A DNA stretch of 43,572 bases, taken from positions 1 through 43,572 of the forward strand of contig CAVQGX010000052.1 of NCBI GenBank assembly GCA_963712115.1, written 5' to 3'. Positions within the stretch are counted from its first letter, which is position 1. Each line of letters begins with the position of its first letter. The notes below the pieces were generated by a model that saw nothing but the letters and a program-made list of their open reading frames with translations, made no database searches and was not told the origin of the DNA. Shown one piece after another: positions 19,148-28,445 of this stretch. The position numbers and the translations under genes were made by a program. Source of the DNA: an uncultured delta proteobacterium (lineage in GTDB: Bacteria; Desulfobacterota; Syntrophobacteria; BM002).

Positions 19148-20574
19148 CAGTTGTGGGCATTCAGCTTCCTGTTGTCTTTTCTTGATGCGACCCAGGGAGA
19201 ATTGAGCATTTCCACACCCGCTTCCATGGCAGTATATTTATGCACCAAGTTGCGGAAGTGATCGCCCCGTTCCTTGTAGTTCTCGTAGTGGTCAAAGCTG
19301 GAGCAGGCAGGGGAGAGCAGGACAACGTCCCCGGCTACGGCAGCTCCAAGGGCCACCTGGACTGCTCCATCCATGTCCTCCACCACTACGGTGCAGGAGA
19401 GATTACCCAAAGCCTTGGCTAGACGAAATCTAGCTTCGCCCATCAGCACGAGCATTTTTACCCGCTGACGGACCAAGCTGACCAAAGGTTCATAAGAGCC
19501 TTCTTTGTCCCGCCCCCCGGCAATGAGGATGATGGGCGACGAGAAGCTCTCGAGGGAGCGGACCACCGAATCCACGTTTGTCCCTTTAGAATCGTTATAG
19601 AAGCGGATGCCGCGCCAATGGTGAACCAATTCCATGCGGTGCGGCAGAGGTTCAAAGCTGTCTATAGTTTTTTGTATGGCTTCTGGCTTGGCCCCCATAC
19701 TGGTCGCTGCCAGTACGGCAGCCAAAAGGTTTTGCTGGTTATGTTTGCCGGACAGCTGCCAGCGGTGGAGATCATAACGACGCAACGGTCCAGGCATTAC
19801 CCGACACATGAGCCAGCCTGAGTCCAAATAGGCATGGGCTGAGTTTTTTGTCAGGCTGAAGTTGAGCTGACGGCTACGAATGGTACAGCGAACGGTAATC
19901 AAAGGATCGCGGGCGGGGACCACTGCCGTATCTTCTTCGGTTTGGTTGGCGAAGAGGCGACACTTGCTCGCCACATAGTCGGCAAAGGAAGGGTAACGGT
20001 CCAGGTGATCCTCGCTGATGTTAAGCAGCACTGCCACTTGCGGATGAAAGGTCTCCATGGAGTCGAGCTGGAAGCTGCTCACTTCTACCACTGCCACTTC
20101 AAATGTTTCTTGCTCTTTAAATAGAGTGATGAGAGGCTTACCGATGTTTCCTCCTACAAAGACCCGTTTGCCGCTGTGCTTGAGCATATCCCCCACCAAA
20201 GCTGTAGTGGTGGTCTTGCCATTGGTGCCACTTATGGCCACAACCGGCAGCTGGAGAAAGCGGCTGGCCAATTCCAGCTCGCCCATCATAGGGATTGACC
20301 TCAGTTGAGCTTCTTTTAACTCTGACAAGTCCAGGGGAACGCCCGGACTGACAACAATCAAATCCGCCTGGATGAACACTTCCAGCGGATGGCCTGCCAA
20401 TGCCAAGGAGCAGCCTAATTCTTTGGCGGCATCTGCTGTCGAACCTAGCTCAGAAGCTGGAAGATGGTCGGTGACGGTAACCCGGGCTCCTTTAGTCACA
20501 AGAAACTCGGCAGTGGCCAAACCACTCTTAGCCAACCCAACAACCAGTACCTTTTTATTTCGGAGATCTTCCAT
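19147..20574 (-). CDS. murD: UDP-MurNAc-L-Ala--D-glutamate ligase
   Basis: VVGLAKSG, VSPGVP, GTNGKTTT, EVSSFQL, NDSKGTN and LSPACSSFD motifs. Start set to MEDL. Confidence 0.97.
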   Translation of the reverse strand: MEDLRNKKVLVVGLAKSGLATAEFLVTKGARVTVTDHLPASELGSTADAAKELGCSLALAGHPLEVFIQADLIVVSPGVPLDLSELKEAQLRSIPMMGELELASRFLQLPVVAISGTNGKTTTTALVGDMLKHSGKRVFVGGNIGKPLITLFKEQETFEVAVVEVSSFQLDSMETFHPQVAVLLNISEDHLDRYPSFADYVASKCRLFANQTEEDTAVVPARDPLITVRCTIRSRQLNFSLTKNSAHAYLDSGWLMCRVMPGPLRRYDLHRWQLSGKHNQQNLLAAVLAATSMGAKPEAIQKTIDSFEPLPHRMELVHHWRGIRFYNDSKGTNVDSVVRSLESFSSPIILIAGGRDKEGSYEPLVSLVRQRVKMLVLMGEARFRLAKALGNLSCTVVVEDMDGAVQVALGAAVAGDVVLLSPACSSFDHYENYKERGDHFRNLVHKYTAMEAGVEMLNSPWVASRKDNRKLNAHN

Positions 20575-20587
20575 CGGTCTCATTCCA

Positions 20588-22042
20588 CTATGTTCTGATT
20601 TGTTTAATGGTTTCTTTAGAGCCACCACAGAGCTGCACAAGGGCCTCCACCACCTTCTCCATCCGCATTCCCCGAGACCCTTTCACCAGCACCCAGTCGC
20701 CGGCCGCAAGCAAGCTATGGACTTGGGCGGCAATTTCCTCGTGGTTGCCGGCCTCGGTAAGGTGGTTTCTGGTCATACCCGCCTCAGCAGCACCAGCGAG
20801 AAGGTGGGAGGCCTGTTTGCCCATGGCCAGAAGGTGATCAACCCCCTCTTTGGCTGCTACCCTGCCCACCTGGTTGTGGAGAGAAGCACTCTCTTCTCCC
20901 ATTTCCAGCATGTCACCGAGTACGGCGAAAGCTCTTCCTTGCTGCTTAACCTGCATCAGTGTTTCCAGAGCGGCCGCCATAGAACCTGGATTAGCATTGT
21001 AGGTGTCGTTTATAAGGTGGATATCACCAGGAAGAGTGAGTACTTCCATTCGTTTATCAACGGGTTGAAAATTCCTCAGGGCAGTACCTATGGTACTTGC
21101 CGGCAGGTTCAAAGCCCAGGCTACTGCTGCAGCGGCTATAGCGTTCTTGACGTGGTGAAAGCCAAGTACCGGCAGTTGAATATCCAGAGTTTCCTCTGAT
21201 AGTCTGAGAAGGAAACGACTGCCTTCCCCGTCCACACCAAGCACTCGTTCCAGCGAGACCTCGGCTGGATAACCTTTTGATGAGAACCCCACCTGCCGTC
21301 CAGGGAAACTGGAAGCTTCATTTAAAACCCTGGGGTCGTCTTGGTTGACCACGATAGTGCCAGTGGCTGCCATACCCGCGAAGAGTGCCCCTTTGGCCGT
21401 CTGAATGGAGTCAAGATCTCCCATCCCCTCTAAATGGGCCGGCTGAATATTGGTAATCATTCCCACGCTTGGCTGAACTATTTCGGTCAATCGCTCTATT
21501 TCACCTGGTTGATTCATTCCCATCTCTATCACTGCGGCCTCATGGGTGCTGTCTAACTGCAGCAAGGTAAGGGGCACACCCACGAGGTTGTTGAAAGTCC
21601 CGTGATTTTTGAGAATCTTCCAAGATCGGCTGAGAATCGTCGCAACCATCTCTTTGGTAGTGGTCTTGCCATTTGACCCGGTAATGGCCACCACCGGGAT
21701 TGAATACCGGCCCCGCCAAAACGATGCCAAGTCACCAAAGGCGCGGAGCGTATCGGTCACACCGATCACCGGGATCTGCAGGGCCTGGGTGTCTAATGCT
21801 TCTGCCGACCTAAGAGCCACAACCACCCCGGCGGAACCACTGCTTGCCGCCTGGGCAACAAACTGGTGACCATCAAAGTTTTCACCCACCAAGGCTACGA
21901 ACAACTCGCCTGGTCGCAGGGTTCGGCTATCGGTACAGATTCCAAGGAAACGTTGCTCTTTACCCTTCGCTAGCAGCTCTCCCCCGGTAGCCTTGAGCAC
22001 CGTATCCAGAGTCCATTCATTTCTCATTTGGTCATTAGTCAT
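20588..22042 (-). CDS. murF: UDP-MurNAc-tripeptide--D-Ala-D-Ala ligase (start may be 22027)
   Basis: TDSR, GSNGKTTTKEM, EMGMN, NDTYNANP and LVKGSRG motifs. Confidence 0.97.
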   Translation of the reverse strand: MTNDQMRNEWTLDTVLKATGGELLAKGKEQRFLGICTDSRTLRPGELFVALVGENFDGHQFVAQAASSGSAGVVVALRSAEALDTQALQIPVIGVTDTLRAFGDLASFWRGRYSIPVVAITGSNGKTTTKEMVATILSRSWKILKNHGTFNNLVGVPLTLLQLDSTHEAAVIEMGMNQPGEIERLTEIVQPSVGMITNIQPAHLEGMGDLDSIQTAKGALFAGMAATGTIVVNQDDPRVLNEASSFPGRQVGFSSKGYPAEVSLERVLGVDGEGSRFLLRLSEETLDIQLPVLGFHHVKNAIAAAAVAWALNLPASTIGTALRNFQPVDKRMEVLTLPGDIHLINDTYNANPGSMAAALETLMQVKQQGRAFAVLGDMLEMGEESASLHNQVGRVAAKEGVDHLLAMGKQASHLLAGAAEAGMTRNHLTEAGNHEEIAAQVHSLLAAGDWVLVKGSRGMRMEKVVEALVQLCGGSKETIKQIRT

Positions 22043-22089
22043 TTATGATTATTTTCGCCGCGTCCCCGCGTCGCCCCGTCTCCGCGTCG
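22018..22089. repeat. GTCATT/CATTTCT array and (CNCCSCGT)x4 octamer array at the murE-murF junction
   Basis: CATTTCT CATTTGGT CATTAGT CATTT; CGCCGCGT CCCCGCGT CGCCCCGT CTCCGCGT. Confidence 0.75.
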
Positions 22090-22121
22090 TTCCGCACTGC
22101 CAAGCACTTACTGTTTACTTC

Positions 22122-23660
22122 TTAGCCTTTGCGTCTCTCCCTCTCTCTCCTCTGCTTCAACGCCTCAGCCGCCACAATTCGATCGTCGAAATCAATGCGC
22201 TTATTTCCGAGGATCTGATAGTTCTCATGCCCCTTGCCGCCGATATAAACCACATCCCCTTCACCGGCGTAATCGATGGCCATGCGAATAGCTTCGCTGC
22301 GGTCTACCACCAAGGTGTAGCCGGAGGTGCAATTGCCACCACAGTGGGCGAGTGAAACCAAAAAGGAAAGACCCTGGGCCCGAACACCGGCTTCAATATC
22401 AGCCATGATAGCCTCGGGCACCTCACTTCTTGGATTGTCCGAGGTAATAACCACCAGATCAGCCCTCTGAGCTGCGGCCTCTCCCATAAGGGGCCGTTTG
22501 CCTCGATCCCGATCCCCTCCGCAGCCGAATACGCAGATAATTTTTCGAGAATGAAGCTCTCTCAATGAATCCAGAGCTTTCTCCAAGGCATCGGGAGTGT
22601 GAGCATAATCAACCAGTACGTGCACCCCCAAATCGTTGGGAATGTTCTCTAACCGTCCCGGAACCCTGGCCAGGTTTTTCTGGCCCGAAGCAATATTTTC
22701 GAGTGGCAAACCGAGTCCCACTGCCACGGCTGTGGCGGCGAGCAGATTGTAGAGGTTGAGCCGACCGAGCAGGGGAGAGTGTACCTCGAGCTCACCCCTG
22801 GGAGTTCGAATCAGGGCTTGAATGCCTGAGAAATCGCACCTGACTTGCTCGGCCCTGATTTCAGCATCTCCTGAAAGACCAAAACGGAGCAAGGGACCGT
22901 CGATGAGGGTGAACAGTTTTTCGCACCACAAATCATCCGTATTGATTACTGCAAGGGCGGGCGGTTCGCCTTCACTCTGAAGGATGTGGGAAAATAACCG
23001 GCTTTTGGCGGCAAAATACTCCCCCATGGTGCGGTGATAATCCAAATGATCTTGGGATAAATTGGTGAAAAGGCCTGCGGCAAACCGGGTTCCGTCCACT
23101 CGGTGCATGTCAAGGGCATGGGAAGTGGCTTCGAGGACCACGTGGGTTACCCCCGCATCCACCATTTCCTTGAGGGTGCGCTGCAGATCCACTGATTCTG
23201 GCGTAGTTACGGCTGCCGGCTGAGCATGGCCAGGATAGCGAACCTCCACAGTGCCTATCACTCCAACCCGCAGACCGCAAGCGGCGAGAATGGACTCCAG
23301 TAAGTAGGTTGTAGTGGTTTTACCGTTGGTTCCGGTGATGCCGATAACCGTAAGGCTGTGGGAGGGGAAACCGAAGAAGCGGTTGGAAAGTTGGGCCAGA
23401 GCAGCCCTGGTATTGGCAACCTGAATAATAGTTACCCCGGGCATGGGGTCCTGTGGCTTCTCAACCACTACAATTTGACAGCCCCGGTCAATGGCCTGCT
23501 GAACGAAATCATGTCCGTCGCTTTGAGTTCCTTTGATTGCTACAAAGAGGCTTCCCTCCGAGGCTTGGCCGCTGTGGTAAGTAATCGCGCGGACCTCACG
23601 TTCCACGTCGCCGTGTAGTTGAAGAACGGTAAGATCCTGAATCAGGTTTTGCAACAGCAA
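22122..23660 (-). CDS. murE: UDP-MurNAc-dipeptide--meso-DAP ligase
   Basis: GITGTNGKTT, TTPES, DYAHTPD, FGCGGDRD and DNPR (DAP-type). Probable TTG start at 23660 after SD GGGAG. Confidence 0.97.
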   Translation of the reverse strand: MLLQNLIQDLTVLQLHGDVEREVRAITYHSGQASEGSLFVAIKGTQSDGHDFVQQAIDRGCQIVVVEKPQDPMPGVTIIQVANTRAALAQLSNRFFGFPSHSLTVIGITGTNGKTTTTYLLESILAACGLRVGVIGTVEVRYPGHAQPAAVTTPESVDLQRTLKEMVDAGVTHVVLEATSHALDMHRVDGTRFAAGLFTNLSQDHLDYHRTMGEYFAAKSRLFSHILQSEGEPPALAVINTDDLWCEKLFTLIDGPLLRFGLSGDAEIRAEQVRCDFSGIQALIRTPRGELEVHSPLLGRLNLYNLLAATAVAVGLGLPLENIASGQKNLARVPGRLENIPNDLGVHVLVDYAHTPDALEKALDSLRELHSRKIICVFGCGGDRDRGKRPLMGEAAAQRADLVVITSDNPRSEVPEAIMADIEAGVRAQGLSFLVSLAHCGGNCTSGYTLVVDRSEAIRMAIDYAGEGDVVYIGGKGHENYQILGNKRIDFDDRIVAAEALKQRRERERRKG

Positions 23661-23670
23661 TGTTTGCTCC

Positions 23671-25668
23671 CTATTCTGCAGCCAAAATAAGACTGCAGGA
23701 GTCAACCGTGCTGAGATTTCTGCCCGGCTCAGGATTCTGTCCCACTACTCTGCCACTTCCGTGAATATCCAGTGAACCGGCAAAATTTTTCAGTCGATTC
23801 AGTGCGGCTCTAAGGCTAAGGCCGGTGAGATCGGGCATGACCATGGCTTGGTTGTATTTTGTCCGAACATAGGCCACCGGCTGCAGGGCTACGAGTGACG
23901 GCTGTGTTGGTACGCCGTTGTCAAAAGCGGCAACTTTTTCTGATTTTTCTCTTATCTTCTCCGGAGGCACTTGCAGGGCATGGAGAGCCTGCTGGGCAAT
24001 CCGGCGAAAGGTTGGAGCTGCCACCACTCCACCATGAAATCCCTTTTGAGGTTCGTTGACCACCACCACAACTAGTATTTTGGGATCAGTGACCGGTGCG
24101 AAGCCGACAAAAGAGGCAGTGTACCGATCATCTGAATAGCCGCCGCTATGACGATTACTGTTTTGAGCAGTACCGGTTTTACCAGCTGCCTGATATTGGG
24201 CGAGAGCGGCTCGCGCCCCGGTTCCGTCGGGTTTGAGCACGGCAGCAAGCAATCCCTTCATTTTTCGAGCAGTATCCGCACTTATTACTCTCCGCACCGC
24301 TATGGGCTTATTTCTCCTGACGACTCGTCCTTGCCCGTCCAGTACTTCTTTAATGAGCAGGGGGCGCATGAGAAGTCCGTCGTTGGCAACAGCCCCTAAG
24401 GCCGTGGCTAACTGGATGGCAGATACAGAAATGCTTTGGCCAAAGCTGGCGGCAGCAAGATCTACCGGGGACCACTCATCAGGCGAACGTATCAGGCCGG
24501 AGGTTTCACCGGACAAGCCAATCGAGGTGGGAGCACCGAAACCGAAAGAACGAATGTAATGGTGAAAGCGGTTCTGGCCTAGCTTTTCTGCGACCTTAAC
24601 CGCTCCTATATTGCTGGAGAAGCGCAGGATCTGCGCCAGTGAAAGCCAGCCGAATTTCTTCAGATCGTGGACTGTGTGGTTCAAGATTCTATATTTGCCT
24701 TGCTCGCAGTAAAAAAGGTCATTTGGATCGACCAAACCTTCTTCCAGGGCGGCCGCCGCTAGGAAGACTTTGAAAGTGGAACCAGGTTCAAAGGCATCAG
24801 TTATTGCTCGATTGCGCCAAACCGATGGCCCGTAAGAGGAAAAAGAGTTGGGGTTGAATGTTGGGAACACGCCCATGGCCAAGATCTCCCCGGATTGGGG
24901 CTCCATGACTACGGTCATACCGCTCTTGGCCCCGAAATCATTCACTGTCCTCTTTAATTCTCTTTCGGCGATGTACTGAATGCGTTTGTCCAGGGTTAGC
25001 CGTATACTATATCCGAGGGGTCGAGATTCATCCGGAATGCCGTGAGTGTAAATGATCTGACCCCGAGCGTCTTTGGCACCAGGAAGGGTGCCGGAGTGGC
25101 CACGCAAGAGAAGATCTTGGGCAACCTCCAATCCTTCCAGGCCTATGTGATCTAGGCCAACAAAGCCAATTACCTGGCCTGCAAGTTCCACATTCGGGTA
25201 GTAGCGGCGATTTTCTTTGACAAAATGAATGCCCTTTATGCCAAGAGCCCGAACCGCGTCAGCTTGGCGAGGCGCGAGATAATGTTTTAGCCATACAAAG
25301 GCGCGTTCTTGGCGAAGCTTTTTACCCAGGCTGACCGCTGGAATTTGGATGACTTTTGAAAGTTGCCGGGCAGTGGCTGCCGGATTCTCTATGATGCGAG
25401 GATTGGCAGCAAGGGATTCCATCTCTATGCTGACAGCCAGTTCTTGACCGTTACGGTCATAGATGTCCCCTCTGCGTGGTTCAAAAAGGAGATTTCTTCG
25501 GACCTGCTTGTTGGCAAAATCCGCCCAATCCTGCCTTTGGAAAAACTGAATTTGAAAGCTCCTAGCGATCAACAACAGGAAAGCAAAAAGCAGACTTCCG
25601 GTGACCAGAATTAGGCGGAAACGTATCCAGCGAGCCGTGGGACTACTTGAGGGAGATTTGGATTTCAT
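23671..25668 (-). CDS. ftsI: Class B PBP FtsI/PBP3 with a C-terminal PASTA domain
   Basis: RGDIYDRNG, EPGSTFK (SxxK), SSN, KTGT and a PASTA-like MPDLTGLS..GSGRVVGQNPEPG. Confidence 0.96.
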   Translation of the reverse strand: MKSKSPSSSPTARWIRFRLILVTGSLLFAFLLLIARSFQIQFFQRQDWADFANKQVRRNLLFEPRRGDIYDRNGQELAVSIEMESLAANPRIIENPAATARQLSKVIQIPAVSLGKKLRQERAFVWLKHYLAPRQADAVRALGIKGIHFVKENRRYYPNVELAGQVIGFVGLDHIGLEGLEVAQDLLLRGHSGTLPGAKDARGQIIYTHGIPDESRPLGYSIRLTLDKRIQYIAERELKRTVNDFGAKSGMTVVMEPQSGEILAMGVFPTFNPNSFSSYGPSVWRNRAITDAFEPGSTFKVFLAAAALEEGLVDPNDLFYCEQGKYRILNHTVHDLKKFGWLSLAQILRFSSNIGAVKVAEKLGQNRFHHYIRSFGFGAPTSIGLSGETSGLIRSPDEWSPVDLAAASFGQSISVSAIQLATALGAVANDGLLMRPLLIKEVLDGQGRVVRRNKPIAVRRVISADTARKMKGLLAAVLKPDGTGARAALAQYQAAGKTGTAQNSNRHSGGYSDDRYTASFVGFAPVTDPKILVVVVVNEPQKGFHGGVVAAPTFRRIAQQALHALQVPPEKIREKSEKVAAFDNGVPTQPSLVALQPVAYVRTKYNQAMVMPDLTGLSLRAALNRLKNFAGSLDIHGSGRVVGQNPEPGRNLSTVDSCSLILAAE

Positions 25669-25985
25669 TGCAGCACCACAATTTGGTCCTTGGTTGGCTG
25701 TTTCAGACCCAGCTGTTCGATAGCAATGCGCTGCACTCTCTCAGGAGCTTTGAGCCGGGCCAGTTCCAGGTGCAGTTTCTTGTTGTCATTCAGCAGCCGG
25801 GTGTGCAGCCCGTGGATGTCTGACAGTTGATAACCAAGCTCCACAACCTGGACTCGACACCAGACATAGCCAAAGCCGCTTAGCAAGAGCCAAAGAAAAA
25901 TAGCAATTATAGTGGTTAGCCTTCTCTGTCTCCACTTAGATGCTATTTTCTCTTTAGGTGATTTCTTTTTTTTCTTCTTGCTCAT
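25665..25985 (-). CDS. ftsL: Cell division protein FtsL
   Basis: Basic N-terminus, TM, coiled coil, RVQRIAIEQLGL, and position between rsmH and ftsI. Confidence 0.88.
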   Translation of the reverse strand: MSKKKKKKSPKEKIASKWRQRRLTTIIAIFLWLLLSGFGYVWCRVQVVELGYQLSDIHGLHTRLLNDNKKLHLELARLKAPERVQRIAIEQLGLKQPTKDQIVVLQ

Positions 25986-26946
25986 TCAGTTTTTGCTTTT
26001 CCACCACCCGGAGGCGGCCACTCCTCGCTCTGGGGTTTGCTTGTATCTCTGATTTCCCGGGGACTACTGGCTTTTTGTTAACTAGCTGCGCCAGGGGTCT
26101 CCCCTCACATTGGCAGATGGGCGAGCGAGCCGGGCAGCGACACGATCGGGCCCAGTTGGCGAAGGCTTGCTTTACCAACCGGTCCTCCAGGGAATGAAAA
26201 GAGACGATGGCTAATCGACCACCAGGCTTGAGCCAGTCTAAAGCTCCCTGAAGAAACGTCTGGAGGTGATCGAGTTCCCGGTTCACCGCCAATCTTAGGG
26301 CTTGAAAAGTGCGAGTGGCCGGATGTCGCTGCCGACCCCTCTTACCTGCTGGAATAGCTCTGTAAACCACTCTGGCCAAACGGTCGGTGGTTTCTATGGC
26401 CTCCTCATCTCGAGCTCTGACGATGTGGCGGGCGATTCTTCGATGCCACCGCTCCTCGCCGAAATTCCGGATTATTGCAGCCAGTTTGTCCTCGCTCAAA
26501 GTGTTGACCAAGTGGGCTGCAGTGTTCTTCTCCCGGGTGTCCATGCGCATATCCAAGGGGCCAGCTAGGTTGAAGCTGAATCCCCTTGCAGCCTCATCCA
26601 CCTGGAAAGAAGAGAGTCCGAGGTCTAGGAGAATGCCGTCCACTGCCTGGATATGCAACTGGGCCAATACCAAACCAATTAGGGCAAAATTCTCCTGGAC
26701 AAGGACGAGCCGCTCCTCGTAAGACTGCAGGTTCGAGCGCGCCTTAACCAAAGCCTTCTCGTCCCAATCTATGCCGATTAGCCGGCCGTCAGGAGCTGTT
26801 TTTTCCAGGATGGCCCGCGCGTGGCCACCACCACCCACAGTGCCATCCACAAAGAATTTTCCCGGAGTGCAGCGGAGATATCTAATGACCTCATCTAGGA
26901 GAACTGGCTTGTGCTCCTGCAACACGCTCACCACCGGGCATGTCAA
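25954..26946 (-). CDS. rsmH: 16S rRNA m4C1402 methyltransferase RsmH (MraW)
   Basis: HKPVLL, DGTVGGGGH, DLGLSS.Q, PLDMRM, SFHSLEDR and NPRARS motifs. Confidence 0.97.
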   Translation of the reverse strand: MTCPVVSVLQEHKPVLLDEVIRYLRCTPGKFFVDGTVGGGGHARAILEKTAPDGRLIGIDWDEKALVKARSNLQSYEERLVLVQENFALIGLVLAQLHIQAVDGILLDLGLSSFQVDEAARGFSFNLAGPLDMRMDTREKNTAAHLVNTLSEDKLAAIIRNFGEERWHRRIARHIVRARDEEAIETTDRLARVVYRAIPAGKRGRQRHPATRTFQALRLAVNRELDHLQTFLQGALDWLKPGGRLAIVSFHSLEDRLVKQAFANWARSCRCPARSPICQCEGRPLAQLVNKKPVVPGKSEIQANPRARSGRLRVVEKQKLNEQEEKKEIT

Positions 26947-27024
26947 TCCTAAATTTTAACCCCTCATCGAACGTTACGATGCGGGGCAGTTAACAAAAGA
27001 ACTAAGGGTTCTTCAGGCCTAACC

Positions 27025-27172
27025 GGAAAAACGGAGGCGCGGCGGCACGGCAAAAAACGGTCTGCTGCGCTGTTCATTTTTTTTGGTCCGTGAAGCCCCT
27101 GTTGTCTTCACCCGCCATAATCCTTTCGTTAATGGTTTAGGTTACTCCGCACCGCCGCGCCTCCATTTTTCC
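27025..27172 (-). ncRNA. Candidate structured cis-RNA in the mraZ-rsmH intergenic region
   Basis: 26-bp stem (27147-27172 with 27025-27050) that is fully paired on the minus strand using 3 G.U wobbles. Confidence 0.55.
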
Positions 27173-27241
27173 TCGTCGGTGCCTCCCCACCGATGAAGGG
27201 GAGGAGGTAACTAGTTGTCAAAGAATCTTTATTCCGATTTA

Positions 27242-27682
27242 TCAGATTCCTAGCTCGGCTAGGGTAGCGGTAATTTGAGAAAAATTATCATGGGCTCTCT
27301 TGATTTCTTCATCCCAAAAGTCCTTACTCCAGACCTCGAAACTTCTGAGCATGCCAGCCAGTATCACCTCGCGCTCCAGCGAGGCGTGTTCCCTCAGGGT
27401 TTGGGGAATTAGAACTCGACCTTGTTTGTCGAAGCTGCACTCGGTGGCACCAGAAATGAAAAACCGCTGGAAGGCCTTCACGTCCTGACGAACCAGAGAC
27501 AGTGATCCTAGCTTTTCTTCGATTACTTCCCACTCTTGTAAAGGATAGGCAATCAGGCAGCGGTCAAGGTTGGTGATGACGAAACGGTCATCATAGCGGG
27601 TTTTGAGGATGTCTCGAAACCGTGTAGGAATGCGGATACGTCCCTTTGCATCCAGGGTATGTATTGAGCGGCCCCTGAACAT
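27242..27682 (-). CDS. mraZ: Transcriptional regulator MraZ
   Basis: MFRG..HTLDAKGRIRIP..FR and a second DKQGRVLIP repeat. Start set to MFRG (SD GGAG). Confidence 0.97.
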   Translation of the reverse strand: MFRGRSIHTLDAKGRIRIPTRFRDILKTRYDDRFVITNLDRCLIAYPLQEWEVIEEKLGSLSLVRQDVKAFQRFFISGATECSFDKQGRVLIPQTLREHASLEREVILAGMLRSFEVWSKDFWDEEIKRAHDNFSQITATLAELGI

Positions 27683-27703
27683 GTGGACTCCATGAGATGA
27701 CAA

Positions 27704-27773
27704 AATTGACACTTTTGACCACTTTTAACCACTTCTTGACACCCTTTATACAGATCTAACCACTGAATGTCAA
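27704..27773 (-). promoter_or_regulatory. dcw promoter with MraZ-type direct repeats
   Basis: TTGACA-17 nt-TATAAA (27773-27745), followed by the 10-nt-period repeats AAGTGGTTAA AAGTGGTCAA AAGTGTCAA. These resemble the GTGG/TGGG repeats bound by MraZ in other bacteria. Confidence 0.8.
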
Positions 27774-27985
27774 CTTAAAAAGAAAATCAACCCATTAGAG
27801 GTTTCATAAGAGAATTTCCCATACGCAAGCAAATATCAATATATAGAATAATTATCTAATATACAACTACATTATGTGCCAAAAATCAAGTGGGTAAGAT
27901 ACAGGAGTTTCCCCAAAAATGAGTGGATCATTTTTCTAACCCGTGTTTAAGAGCCAGTTTACCTTGGTGTGTAAATGAAAATTGT

Positions 27986-28236
27986 TTTGCTGATGTCTCT
28001 TCTATCGTTCCCACCGGGGCGTAGGCCCCTATGGGCCGGAGGCCAGGGCTCATCCGTGCGGCGGAGTCACTTCTTGCCCGGCTGCGGCCGGGGGAAGGCG
28101 CCCCCTTGTATATTTGTGATGTAATGGCTCATAGTATTAAACCGGTATCAGGACGTGACAGACCGGTCGCTCCCCCAGCCACAGCCGGGGAAGTGGCACA
28201 GACCTTCCGCAGTCACTCAGAAGAAACATCAGCAAA
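27986..28236 (-). other. Long imperfect hairpin of about 250 nt (structured RNA or MITE)
   Basis: Outer stem 27986-28003 with 28219-28236, inner 19-bp stem 28077-28095 with 28171-28189, plus internal hairpins. Confidence 0.55.
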
Positions 28237-28445
28237 GGCCAAAAGGGGAAGCTGCGAAACAACGAGCATCTGAGCAACCTATCTTCACGAATCTCAGCTT
28301 TGAGACGGCCTGCATGAAGATGTGGTGTTTCCTAAACAGCGACTCTGCCAATAAATGGTGCGAATATGATCGTTATGGAGTAGCTTTCCCGTGGCCTATG
28401 TCACAAAAATATTTCTGGGTAAACTCCCGGGTAAGGGAAGAACTG

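Noticed and set aside
20372-21199. Long antisense ORFs (also 14356-15090, 15487-16056, 28155-28751 and others)
   Set aside because: They are shadows of well-supported genes on the opposite strand and show no recognisable motifs.
28139-28168. SRP RNA helix-8-like hairpin
   Set aside because: It lacks the conserved CAGG..GNRA..AGCA arrangement.
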